Shown here piece by piece: positions 26,496-39,300 of a stretch of 64,000 nucleotides of DNA. Source of the stretch: Antedon mediterranea (lineage: Eukaryota > Animalia > Echinodermata); the NCBI RefSeq assembly GCF_964355755.1, contig NC_092676.1, positions 29,220,871 through 29,284,870 on the forward strand, in the 5' to 3' direction. Within the stretch, counting starts at the first letter, position 1; the number at the start of each line of letters is the position of its first letter. Made by a program: the position numbers and the translations under genes. The notes beneath the pieces were generated by a model. It did not search any database. It was not told the DNA's origin and was given only the letters and a program-made list of their open reading frames with translations.

Positions 26496-26600
26496 ATGAT
26501 ACATGTGGTGCACCAGTCATTCTAGAGCAACTTGTAGGGTTTAATAATGATACATGTGGTGCACCAGTCATTCTAGAGCAACTTGTAGGGTTTAATAATG
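26496..26600. repeat. About 50-bp perfect tandem duplication
   Basis: aatgatacatgtggtgcaccagtcattctagagcaacttgtagggtttaat twice. Confidence 0.9.
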
Positions 26601-29198
26601 TGTACCATATTCAGGCTTAGAAACCAGCCCATCAATAAAAAAAAAACCTGGAAAAAATATGCAGATATAGAGGATATAGTAGTTATATTGGTTCTGTAAT
26701 GCTTGTCTAAATGTGACCAAATTATAATTACTAATTACAAAATAGTAATTCATATTTTTAGATTTTATATTTGTAGAGTTTAATCACTTTTTTTATATCA
26801 CCTTGCTGCTACTAAGAAATGTGTGATGGTAGGTTAACCCAATGAATGCATATAATAATTATATGTATCATTTGTAATTTTTGTCAACTAAAAATATGGT
26901 ATGTAAATTATGTCAAATATTAAATTGCTATTGTAAAATGTTTTATATGGTGAATGTTCAACATAGCTGGAGATGTTGTTAATATGATGGGTGGGGGATA
27001 ACTGTATTATTAAGATAATACAGAAAGAGTTAGTGTGCTCTGCAATTTCTTTCTGGCTGTTTTACTTTTTGACTTAGCTTTTTGCTTATTTTATTTGTAT
27101 CTCCATTGAGACCTGGCCACTGAGACCCAAAGTGTTTTTTTTTGTTGCAGTATTTTGCCTCTTGATTTGTAAAATTAAGATTTGATGTACTATAATATCT
27201 GTATTAATATAAACGAGAGCATTTTTTGTTTGTTATACAAATGTTTGTTACAGCACGCATCCATACACATAAGATATCAAAATGTCTAGCATGGTCATAG
27301 GAAAGTTTTTTTTTACTTTACAAATCATATTTTTTTATTTTAAAAGGTGCACTAATATTGTATAGTTATTGCACCTGGTATTTGCTATGCACTTTTTCTA
27401 TTTTACCACCCACTGAAAATATCTAAGAATTGCCAATTTTTTTTTTATTTTAGCAATAAATTTTAATTACATTATTTTTTTTTATTTGAAATATGCACAG
27501 TATTATGATGATTTTAATATATTTTTATGCAATTATTCTTTGTAAACTTTGTATACGAAATATTGTCATTGATGGAATTTAATTAATCTATTCATAGATC
27601 TCTTGAGCAAAAGAAAATAGCTATAGCGTTAGTATCATGTAGTGGCGGCCCCATGGGTATACAATGCAAAAGACAATGCAATGTCCATTTTACAACTTCT
27701 AGGCCCCCTGGGGTACGTTTTCAAAATTTTCTTATTCACCATTCACACTTAGAGAAACACAATTAAAATTAAGAAAAATCTCTTATCTAAGTTAATAAAA
27801 TTTAAGGGAAATACTTAAATATTTATTGAGTTAAGTGAAATACTTAATATTTGAAATGGAAATATCTCTCTCTCACTGGTCCAGCAATATCTAGTTATAT
27901 TAGCACTGTACATATATATGGTTCAAGAATACTTGGACATTCCTATTGCAACAAGAACAGATAACATACTGTACTACTTTTTGCTTTGGTACAACAGTTT
28001 TCCATATTACTGTACATCAGCATTAAATACCTTTTTACTTAACAGTAAATTATTAAATAAATGTAGAAATCCCACCTAGAAGAATTTATAAAAAGTAATT
28101 TATTAATATTGATTGATAATATAAAAAGAATTGAAGAATAAAAACAAAATAATGACAGGTGGTTGCTTATTTTTATTGTCTATGCAAATTATATTAATAT
28201 GCAAATTGTGCACTGGAGTGAGAAAAGCAAATTTGCTTACTGTATACAGTGCATATTACGATAGCTGCTTTCGATGAAGCATGTTGGAGTGGAATCTGGC
28301 AAAAAACAAAAATTCATCTGAGTGGGACCGATTGTGTGCCCAGATTACAACCAAATGAAGAAAGCGATAAACATTTTTTACAAGAACAAACACAACCAGT
28401 ATAGGGTACTGTAAGCTAATAAAACAAAACAGTTTTAAATAAAAACAGTTTTAAATAATACCTGTGCTGTAGGCCTACTACTATTATTATAGGCATAGGC
28501 CTACTATTATTTTTATACTCTACTTGACAGATTGATGGATAAAAAGAAAGGAATAAACATATTTTTTGGGCACATCATGAAATGTATAATTTTAAATAAA
28601 TATTGAATGAATAAAAAAAAATAATGGGACAATGCATAATCATACATTTCGAAAAACTGAGTTTATGTACAGTAAGGTCGTCGGGATGTATGTCTCAGCT
28701 GTCTATTCTTGGCCTCAAGGTGCCACCTCCTTGGAGCAACTCCCTCCCTGCTCTACTAATTCTTGTTAGCACTCTACATCCTAGCCTAGCAGCCATGCTA
28801 CCAAACGGCAGCTAATTGTGCAAGATATAGCTTTATAAACTCACCTTCTGCTCCCAGTTTGACAGGAATTGACTTCTTGGTTTACTTGTAGTGGACTTCA
28901 GGCCGTTATTTTTTTAGTCTGGTCACTTAATAATTATATAAACAATGATTTTATTTGTTTCAGATTCCCCGACAGATTTCTCAGAAACTTCGTACTTATT
29001 TTTGTCGTCTGCCACACACTTTCCCCTGTGCTCTAATTGGTCAAATCTTTAAACATTCCACCAATCAAATTGATTAGTTGAGCAGCGATTTACTTTTTTT
29101 CTCAGACATTTATCTACCACATTATGTATGAAGTGCACAAATGTATGGAATTTACTGTTGTAAGATATTTATTGTAATCTATATAAATCCACTCAAAC

Positions 29199-29641
29199 TA
29201 TATCATGTCATTTAGGACAATTTCTCCTTACCTATATCATGCCATTTAGGACAATTTCTCCTTACCTATATCATGCCATTTAGGACAATTTCTCCTTACC
29301 TATATCATGCCATTTAGGACAATTTCTCCTTACCTATATCATGCCATTTAGGACAATTTCTCCTTGCCTATATCATGCCATTTAGGACAATTTCTCCTTA
29401 CCTATATCATGCCATTTAGGACAATTTCTCCTTACCTATATCATGACATTTAGGACAATTTCTCCTTACCTATATCATGCCATTTAGGACAATTTCTCCT
29501 TACCTATATCATGCCATTTAGGAAAACTTCTCCTTACCTATATCATGCCATTTAGGACAATTTCTCCTTACCTATATTATGCCATTTAGGACAATTTCTC
29601 CTTACCTATATCATGCCATTTAGGACAATTTCTCCTTATCT
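29199..29641. repeat. 34-bp tandem array, about 13 copies
   Basis: Unit tatatcatgccatttaggacaatttctccttacc, nearly invariant, contiguous with no spacers. Confidence 0.95.
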
Positions 29642-29959
29642 ATGAAAAGTTATAGAATTTAATAATTCCAACATTGCTCAATCAACTAGCCTCCTGGACA
29701 TGTCCAACTACGATTTAATTACTGAATTGTACAAAATGCAAAAAAACACAAATATACATAGCAAATATACAGCCTGTTATGTAACTTTAATGTGACTCAA
29801 TGCCCTTTCAGGTAAAGTTTATAAATACTTCATTACATATTAACTTGATTGATGTTGAAATGATTTATACAAAACAGTGTGTAATAAATGTCCTGGAAGA
29901 CAGTATTGTATTATATTGACTGCACCACAAACTCACCGATGCAAGTATAATTCACGTAA

Positions 29960-30240
29960 AGCTCTGTTCACACTATCAAACCTTATGTGACAAAAAAATA
30001 TGATGTGCCCATATATGGACACAATGATGTCATATCACTACCATATTTGGTGTACATCACTTTTTTTTTAAATTAGTTTTATAGTGTGACATTTTATGAT
30101 TTTTTTTTTTTCATTCTACAGAGATGAATCTTGCCAATGAAGTGCATATATGGACACCATGATATATATTACCATATTTGTACAATAATTTAGCACATTA
30201 CACTATTTTGTCAAACTAGTTTGATAGTGTAGACTGAGCT
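29960..30240. mobile_element. Two adjacent degenerate MITE family A copies
   Basis: agctctgttcacactatcaaac at 29960 and gtttgatagtgtagactgagct ending 30240, each with the catatatggac core. Confidence 0.7.
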
Positions 30241-30307
30241 GAAGTACTTTTACTTTAAAAATTGTCCATACAACAGCTTCGTTATAAATTACAAAATTAA
30301 GTTTAGG

Positions 30308-33300
30308 TCAAGAATACATTGGTGTCGCCCCTCCCCTGTACGGTAATCCTCCTATTTGCATCTGTGTTGCTATAGCAATTCGATCCTCCGAGATCCTACG
30401 GGCTTTCTCTTGATAGTGATCTAGTTTGTCAACTAGCATATGATAAGCCTGCAGAAAAACATAGGTTATTAATATTTTGAATAAAGTCATTATATTTTGA
30501 CAATAAAACAAGAGCGGTTGTATTCATGAAGTGGTCCATCTAAAGCTCTGTCTACACTATTAAACTTTATGTTACAAAAAATGTAATGTGGTTCATATAT
30601 GGACATGATGATATCATCATCATATATTTGGACATATCACTACCCTATTTGGGCACATCACACTTGTTTTTGTCAAACTAGTTTGATAGTGTGGACAGAG
30701 CTTTACTATGGGTTATAAAACAAATTAACAAACTTACTTCTACTAATTCAGGATCTGATTGGACCTCATGCAGTGCTTTGCACAAGTGGTCTATGGCCAG
30801 GTATGGAAGGCAAATGCTGCCTGAAGATGCATTCATTGCTTCCTAAAAAAAACATGTAAAAACAAAATACATTTTTTATTTTATCAAGCAATAATATAAT
30901 ATGTATACAATATATGAAATAAACTATTTTATCAAGCAAAAATGTATATTTTCTCTTGAAATAAACTATCAAGCTAGATTTGTTTATTTTTATTTGAGAC
31001 CATACTTACGCCTAATTTGAAAAATTCCGGTCCTTTACCAAGCACAGCATCAATGTACTCAATGACAAGTAGACAGGCTGCAAGTAGTTTATCAAAACTA
31101 ATCAAAAGATGCAGAAATTCCGCTGTATCTAAACTCTACAAAATAGTAAATGAAAGATATACAATAACAAAATGAAACACAACAATTACTGAGTTCATAG
31201 TGCACGTAAATTACAAAACAAGAAAGACCAGCACTCACATACATTGATGTACAAAATGAAACATAACAATTATTGAGTTCATAGTGCACGTAAATTACAA
31301 AACAAGAAAGACCAGCACTCACATACATTGATGTACAAAATGAAACATAACAATTACTGAGTTCATAGTGCACGTAAATTACAAAACAAGAAAGACCAGC
31401 ACTCACATACATTGATGTACAAAATGAAACCTAACAATTACTGAGTTCATAGTGCACGTAAATTACAAAACAAGAAAGACCAGCACTCGCATACATTGAT
31501 GTACTAGAGACTGTCACGAACTCCTCTTACGTATGTTTCCGAGCGGTTGAAAATACTTTAGGAACTCCCTTGTGACATAAAAGTATACACACAAAATCCA
31601 CAAAGTTGTAAAATAACTCAAAAACAAAGCTTTAATTTCAATCAACTTCAACTTTTAACAATCCAGTAAGCACTTCAAACAACAGCTTCACAATGACTTT
31701 ACAATATAACATCCAACCTCTAATCCAACCTCTAATCCAACAACCTTCTTCAAAATAAATGCTTCAATCAAAAATCCTTCTCCCTCTTACAATTGTCATA
31801 CTTCCCCTTATATACAATATGTTCATAACCTTCTAGATCATTCCTTATACTTCTCATTATTACATGATTACAGTTTCTATTAATAGCACTTCTGGAATGT
31901 TCTTGATTGTTCTTATTAATTATACATGGTTTATTAAATCAAAACATCTTATTCTAGAATGTTCATGTAAATAATATGTTACTCTAATGTTAGGGAATGG
32001 TAATTTATTACACTCCCCTCTCTTTCTGAGCTCAAAACTCTTTCTTGGAGTTTTGAGGGGCAAGTATACACGGACGTGGCAAAATTTAACCCACTCCTAG
32101 TCTATAAAACTTAAATACGCCATAATAACATGGAACATAATTATTAATAATTACTAATAATGAACAAACAACATTCATGTAAATTTGTCCGAATGGTTCA
32201 CTAATTACTGACATAGGAATCATAAAGTCCTTAAATTTAGTTCTATACTTTGAAGTTTTCTGACAAATCTCACAAGTGTTGCAATATTCAGTCACATCCT
32301 TTCTAATACCAGGCCAAAAGAATCTCTGCTTTATCCTATCTAATGTCTTTTTCCTACCTAAATGACCTGCCAAAGGAATATCATGTGAGACTTTCAATAC
32401 ACTATTACGGCAAGGGTATGGAACCACTAATTGCTCTATTGGTTCTATCTGGTGTTTAGTGAAAACTTGCCTAAATAAAATTCCATCCTTACAGACTATC
32501 TTTATAGTGTCATCATCTTTCTGTACTAACATCTGTTCTCGAAGTGAAATTAAAGTTCTATCCTTAACCTGATAATCCTTAATTTTATCTCTGCCAATAT
32601 CTAAAATGTCTAATTCACTATCTTGGCTAGATTGAGCTTCCTTTGTTTTTGCAAACTCTTTCCTAACTTTTCGCTTCTCACTTCTGGTTTTATGAACTTT
32701 TTCCTTGGGAGGGTTGTTACTGAGTAGTTGGCCATCTAAATGTCCAAATTCTTCTTGAAAATTAACCACATCATCTAACTGATGTGAAATAACCCCAGAA
32801 GCTTTTTCCGACTTTAATTCGTTTTCCTCTCTTAGTTTTTCTTTTCTAGCATGATCTCTAGTGGCAACTTCAGGAGTGCCTTTCACTGTTTTCTCCTGGT
32901 TGTTTTGATTTTCGTGTTTCCTATTTTGAACCTTTTTCTCAAAAAAATGTTCTATCATCTGCCGCATCATAAGATTCTGTTGCTGCATTTGCTGTTGCAT
33001 TTGCTGCTGCATCATAAGATTCCACTGTTGCATTTGGTGTTGCATCAACAACCAAACATTTTTTGAAGATGAGTCAGCCCCTGTAGGGTTATGTCCACTG
33101 GTTGGTACAGACTCTTCTGCCTGTTGTTCAGGTTGTAATGACTGAACCGATTCTACCTCAGAATCAGATTCATCGCCGCCGCTGTATTCTCTACCGGATC
33201 TTGTTGTTGATTGTTTATCAGCCATATTTTAAATCTGGATGAGGGTCTTGTTACTAGTTAATCGTAGTTACCGAGACGTTCACAAGTCTACTGTTCCAAA

Positions 33301-36300
33301 TAAATAATGTACTGTTCTTAAAACAATGTTTGTGTACTTACGATTAAACAAAACGTAGCACCACGGCTTCCGTAAAATATCTCAGTATCGTAAGTACCGC
33401 TTTCACAAAATATCAATAAAGTACAGTTGATCCTAAACAGCCACCAATCTATGGCAAAATACAGTAGATCAAACTGCTACCACAAAATATCACAACAGTA
33501 CTGTAGATAAATACACAGTTAAGTCGAACAGTAGATCGGAATAACCGCTGCCACCAAATTAGGCTGAACACCGCTGCCACCAAATTATGTCACAAACTCC
33601 TCTTACGTATGTTTCCGAGCGGTTGAAAATACTTTAGGAACTCCCTTGTGACATAAAAGTATACACACAAAATCCACAAAGTTGTAAAATAACTCAAAAA
33701 CAAAGCTTTAATTTCAATCAACTTCAACTTTTAACAATCCAGTAAGCACTTTAAACAACAGCTTCACAATGACTTTACAATATAACATCCAACCTCTAAT
33801 CCAACCTCTAATCCAACCTCTAATCCAACAACCTTCTTCAAAATAAATGCTTCAATCAAAAAATCCTTCTCCCTCTTACAATTGTCATACTTCCCCTTAT
33901 ATACAATATGTTCATAACCTTCTAGATCATTCCTTATACTTCTCATTATTACATGATTACAGTTTCTATTAATAGCACTTCTGGAATGTTCTTGATTGTT
34001 CTTATTAATTATACATGGTTTATTAAATCAAAACATCTTATTCTAGAATGTTCATGTAAATAATATGTTACTCTATATGTTAGGGAATGGTAATTTATTA
34101 CAGAGACAGAGACTGGTATGCAGAGAGAGGAACTGGCTGGTGCAATGGCAGATAGGAAGTTATGGAGGAATTTTGATTTTTATTTTATTGATCCATGTTT
34201 CATGGGGGTAGCCCATCCAGCAAAGATAATCATTGGGGCACTCAACAATACAATAAAAACTGTACAAAAATACATACAAAATTTATTATAAAAAAACTAC
34301 TATAAATATAACAATTGTGATTATCTAGTCATATAAGTTCAGAAATGTATTTAAGTAAGCAAGTAAACTTCACTTCACTTACCTTATATGAATTAAACAA
34401 CCAGTTTGGAATGTGGTAGCCTAACGACAGCAGCTTATGTACCACCCATCGATAGTGTCGATGATCGCCAACCTGGTCAAACTTTTCAAGATATGAGCGC
34501 AACATCCTCCACGCCAAATCTGCCGGACTGTGTAAGAAACAATGAACAACATTATAGGACATAATTTAGTATATTAAACTTGAAGATTATCAAATATACT
34601 GTGCATGAAAGCTATAGGTAAGCACATTTAACTTTTATTGTTTCTTATTTATATATCTGTGATTCGTATTGAGAGTTTATACACATTTTTACAAATATAT
34701 ATTTATTTTGCAATTTGGCCGTTGGCCACCATATGTAATTTTTAATGTGCAATAACAAATAATAATAATAATAAAGTAATTCTATTGGACATTGGAACTG
34801 ACCTTTGATCTTTTGTAGTCTGCAGATGAGTCACTTCATTGGCTGACAGCCATTCCCATGAATACGGTTCAACATCACCACTCAAACTGAGACGAACACA
34901 TCTTTAAACAATATACAAAATCATTAATGCTACCGGGTGAATAGCTAATAAAAATAATACAATAAAACCTCCTCTACTTTGGGCACTTTTCATGAAACAA
35001 ATGAGGGGCAAAATGTTGGGGCACTGCGACCTATTCAGGGGAAACTCCTATCAAGGGGACACTTCCTTATGAACTGAATGAGGGCACTACTACTTCCAAC
35101 CTCGATTAAAGGGACATCCCTATTAAAGGGACACTTTGTTTGGTAGTGAAGGTGTCCTATAAATAAAAGTTCTACTGTATAAATATCTAATTTGTTTATG
35201 TCATGAAAAAACCAACTTGTGTAACAAAACCAACTTGTGTACCTTAATGTAAGACCTTCTAGAATGCTTTGTAGCGATAGTTTAAATGTTTGACAAACAG
35301 TTACAGCGACATCAAAGAGACCAACAGACACCAGTAGGGACACAGTTTCATGTGCAGATAGTGTTGGACCTGAAAAAGAAAACAAACATTTTTAAAAAAA
35401 TGTAAAAATGTAGAGAAAATGTATAATTATTATATTATATTATGTGAGAATATATGTCATATATTTATATATAAGTTTTGCTTTGTATATAAAATAGTTT
35501 TTATAAATATAATGAAAGAACTATGTTGTCATATACCACCCTGTAATTGTAACTTGAAATTTAGCTAGGAAAAGCTACAAACAAAGGGTTATGATCATAA
35601 CTGAGCCCTCTGTGAGAACAGTCTTTGAATGAAGAGGCTACCCACAATAAAGGAATAATAATAATTTTAAAAGTGCTGTTTTTACAATAAAAGTGATAAT
35701 ATATATTTACCTGTTGCACTAGCTGGATCCGTTGAATGCTTTATATACTGCAATCTAGCCGTCACTAACAAGTACTCTTTCTCAATTTGATCAAGTTCAA
35801 TGACCTCTACTTGCCGTTTGCCTGTTGATACAAATACCAATATTCTTTACTGTCAAATATGGATTCAATATTACACAATACATGCCCACCATTGGTTTTA
35901 AACACAAACAAAGAATAACTACGTACACATTACATTTTGGGACTAAAGCTCTGTCTACACTATCAAACTTTATGTGACAAAAAAATGTGATGTGCCAATA
36001 GACATGATGATGTCATATCACTACCATATTTGGGCACAAATTGATTGATAGTGTGGACAGAGCTTTAGACAATTTACCTTGCGTTATTTTGTCTTCACCG
36101 TCACTGTTCCTCTTTGGAGAAGCACCAATCATATCCTGGCGATTCGGTTCAATGCACACAGGTTTAACAATCCATGCATAGTCTGTATCAACCAACCTGA
36201 GAGAATTCATCGCTGCAAGGTAGCATTTTGCCTGTTGCTGAAGCGCTTTCTCTCCGATCACCTCTTGGCCTAGCCGCATACCGTATTCATACATCGTCCT

Positions 36301-39300
36301 ACCAGCTACATAGAAAGAGAATGTATTTTTTAACACCAATTGTAACAAAAAAAATTCCTTTTCTGAGATATAGGAGACATTTTGTTAGTGAATATTACTG
36401 TAGAAATAGAACCTCACCTTTACGATAATTTCCACGAAAGGTGTGAAAAGCATATAAGAAATCATAGTAATTATGTGTCTTGAGGTCTACTGAGCGTGCT
36501 CGGGATTCTATAATGTTCACAACCTGTAAGAAATAAGACAAAATATGCAAATTACGAATATAAAAAAAGATATATAAATAAATAAAATATCTTCATATGG
36601 TTTTATGTTAAATATCTGATTTTTACAGTAAACCTGTAATTAGATACATATGTGTGCAACGTTTCGACAAATCCTCACCTGGCAATGACTGGTTTAACGT
36701 AACAGATATACAATAATATTTAAAATTGAAGTGGTGTTTTTATTTACTATATTATTGTACAATACAAATTCTGTCTTACCTCATCATGGAGGTCAATGTA
36801 TGGGAATTTACAGAGCTGTTTAATTTGACCTGTTTCACACAGCACTACTACGAACTGACGTAGACAATCATTGCGTCTATAAAATAAAGGATGGAAGTGG
36901 TATAATATGCTATAGTAGGGGCGTGTGAGACAGTGCATTGGACGTTTACTGATCGTGAGATTGTGGTTCGAATCCAACTCTCACTGCTTTGCATCCTTAG
37001 GCAAGACGCTTTACTTACATTTTCCTCTCTCGATCCACTCAGGTGTATACAATGAGTACTAAGTTAGATGAACACACAACTTTGTGCTGATTACTAGCTG
37101 CATTATGGCAGTATGTTTGCATACATGTTTGATCCAAAAAATAATGGTAATGTGTGGTAATTATTATTTATTATATTAGATCACTTATTCCAGACAACTT
37201 ATCTTGCCAAAGGTTTGAATGTGAACCAACTGGACATAAGATAATGTGAACCATTGATTGTATCACCTTTCTGGATCTGTATTTGCTGTCATAGCTGCAT
37301 ATGCTTGCTCATTGTTGCCTAGCTCCAGATGATGTTTGAAGACTTTACACCACAAGATGGGCTGGGGGAAAAAGATTTTTAAAAAAATTACTTGTAAACG
37401 CTAACCAAATAAAAGATCATTAATATTGTTAATGACAAACAGAAAATCTGCCTCAGTTTTCTGGACTTTCTGCATTCTCACTAATGAGGACGATCAAAGT
37501 ATATTGATCGAAACATCGAGAAACTCAACAGTTCTTTCACGTACTATATCATGTTATGTACCACAAACTTTATATATCAACATTTTGATTTCGCAATGCA
37601 AACCTTCAAACAAAGAAAATGAAAAATAATGTTTATTTTATCAGAATGAATACTTTACTTACTATATTTGTATCATCTTCCTCCCCAACACTCAATGCTA
37701 TGTTGGCTAGCATTATGACAAGGTCTGGGTAGCAAAACTGTTCAAATAGACGAATCACCTAATAAAGACAATAAATACAATGACATTACTTACATTGATG
37801 CCTGCAACTTGGTATATCCCATGTTACTTTAATTTTAAAATGTCGAAAGCTTTCAATAGAACCTATGCAAAATTGGGTCATTGTTCTTCACGCGACCTAG
37901 AAATCAACAAAAACTGTGTCACCTGGCGATGAAGTACGTCTCTGTCCCTCCCAACCAATTTCCCATCACCAATAATATATTTACCTTCAAGTAATACAAT
38001 GTATCCAAGTGCTGCCCATCCATTTGTTCCGTCATAAGCAGCTTGTGTAACATGAAGTTCTCATCTGCGATTCGGTGAGCTGCCTGCTGGAAGCAGTCGA
38101 GGGCTTTGTACGGCTCAGCGGAGTTCAAATAGCATTGACCTTGAATGAACTTTCGTGATGATACATTCCATTTGCACCATGGACTGAGTAAACGAAGATA
38201 TTCCTAAGGAAAATGATAGTAATGAAGTTATATACGAAAGAGGTCGAATTATTTTTATAGGAGACATTCAAGCTATTATATTTCTTATTGTAATGGAATG
38301 TGCAGAATTAGAAAAAAAAAATAGTACATAATTGAACTTGAAAATGTTGTACCTGCAACTGGTGGAACTGACACTGGGCAACAAGATATTCTGCTAGAAG
38401 AAAATTTGGGCTATTTGGCCATCTACAAAAGTGAGAATTAAGGAAGTTTCTTTCTTTAATGTGCTTAAATTAAAACAATAATGAGAACTTATATATAAAA
38501 TTTCTACCACTAAAAATCTGCATAATCGAAAGGATACACTAGGCGCAGCAAACTGTTAACAGCCAATGGGAACACACTTGTCCAGAATGTACACTTTGCA
38601 GGAGACAGACAACCAGTTTGAACCAGTTTAGTCCGGATTTGTTGGCCACCCACACCAGATAGGAAAAGTTCCAGTATAGTCTGACATCTTGATAACACCC
38701 TTTGGCCTGCTGTATGCTGTGTGGTGGAGATCTCTAGTGCAGCCATCTGACGTTGGTTAGACTCTCTGTAAAACGGTTTGCAAAAATTAATTTTTGCTTT
38801 TTCTTCTGTTAACAATTTAAATTGTATTATAATAAACAGTTCCTTTAAAAAAACTGCCTTTAAGCTCTGTCTAAACTATCAAACTAGTTAGACAAAAAAA
38901 AGTGTGATGTGCCCAAATATGGTAGTGATATGGCCAAATCATCATACCCATATTTTGGCATATCACATTTTTTGTCACATCAAGTTTGATAGTGTAGACA
39001 AGGCTTTAGACGTCGTGGACTAGATACTTACACAGTATTACTGTGTACTTGAGTGGCCTTGGCCCGACTGAACGACCAAACTGCAAAATATGAATGAACC
39101 AACATCGATGTTCTTGGAACACACTCCCTCTGTAGTTTCTCCAAAGTATCAAGAGAAATACCAGCCTATATGAATTTACATAAAAGAATTATTGTTTTTA
39201 CAATCTATTATAACTTTTATATTTTTATTTGGCCAACATCTGTAAAATATATATCACCTGCATTCCTAGCCTTTGAATCATACACTGTAATATCAGTAAA

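Larger units (their letters stand above)
31512..34102 (-). mobile_element. Non-autonomous Gypsy-type LTR retrotransposon (2591 bp) in a NUP160 intron
   Basis: Near-identical TG...CA LTRs, 5-bp TSD GAGAC (31507-31511 and 34103-34107), PBS and polypurine tract on minus strand, single ORF with integrase HHCC finger; no RT, RNase H or DDE core seen. Confidence 0.95.

Noticed and set aside
29199-29641. CRISPR-like array (34-bp repeats)
   Set aside because: Units are contiguous with no unique spacers, no cas genes, eukaryotic context.
31098-31412. 104-aa repetitive ORF
   Set aside because: Translation of the intronic 84-bp tandem array.
33764-33946. 60-aa ORF with GLEV repeats
   Set aside because: Lies within the LTR 12-bp repeat region; spurious.
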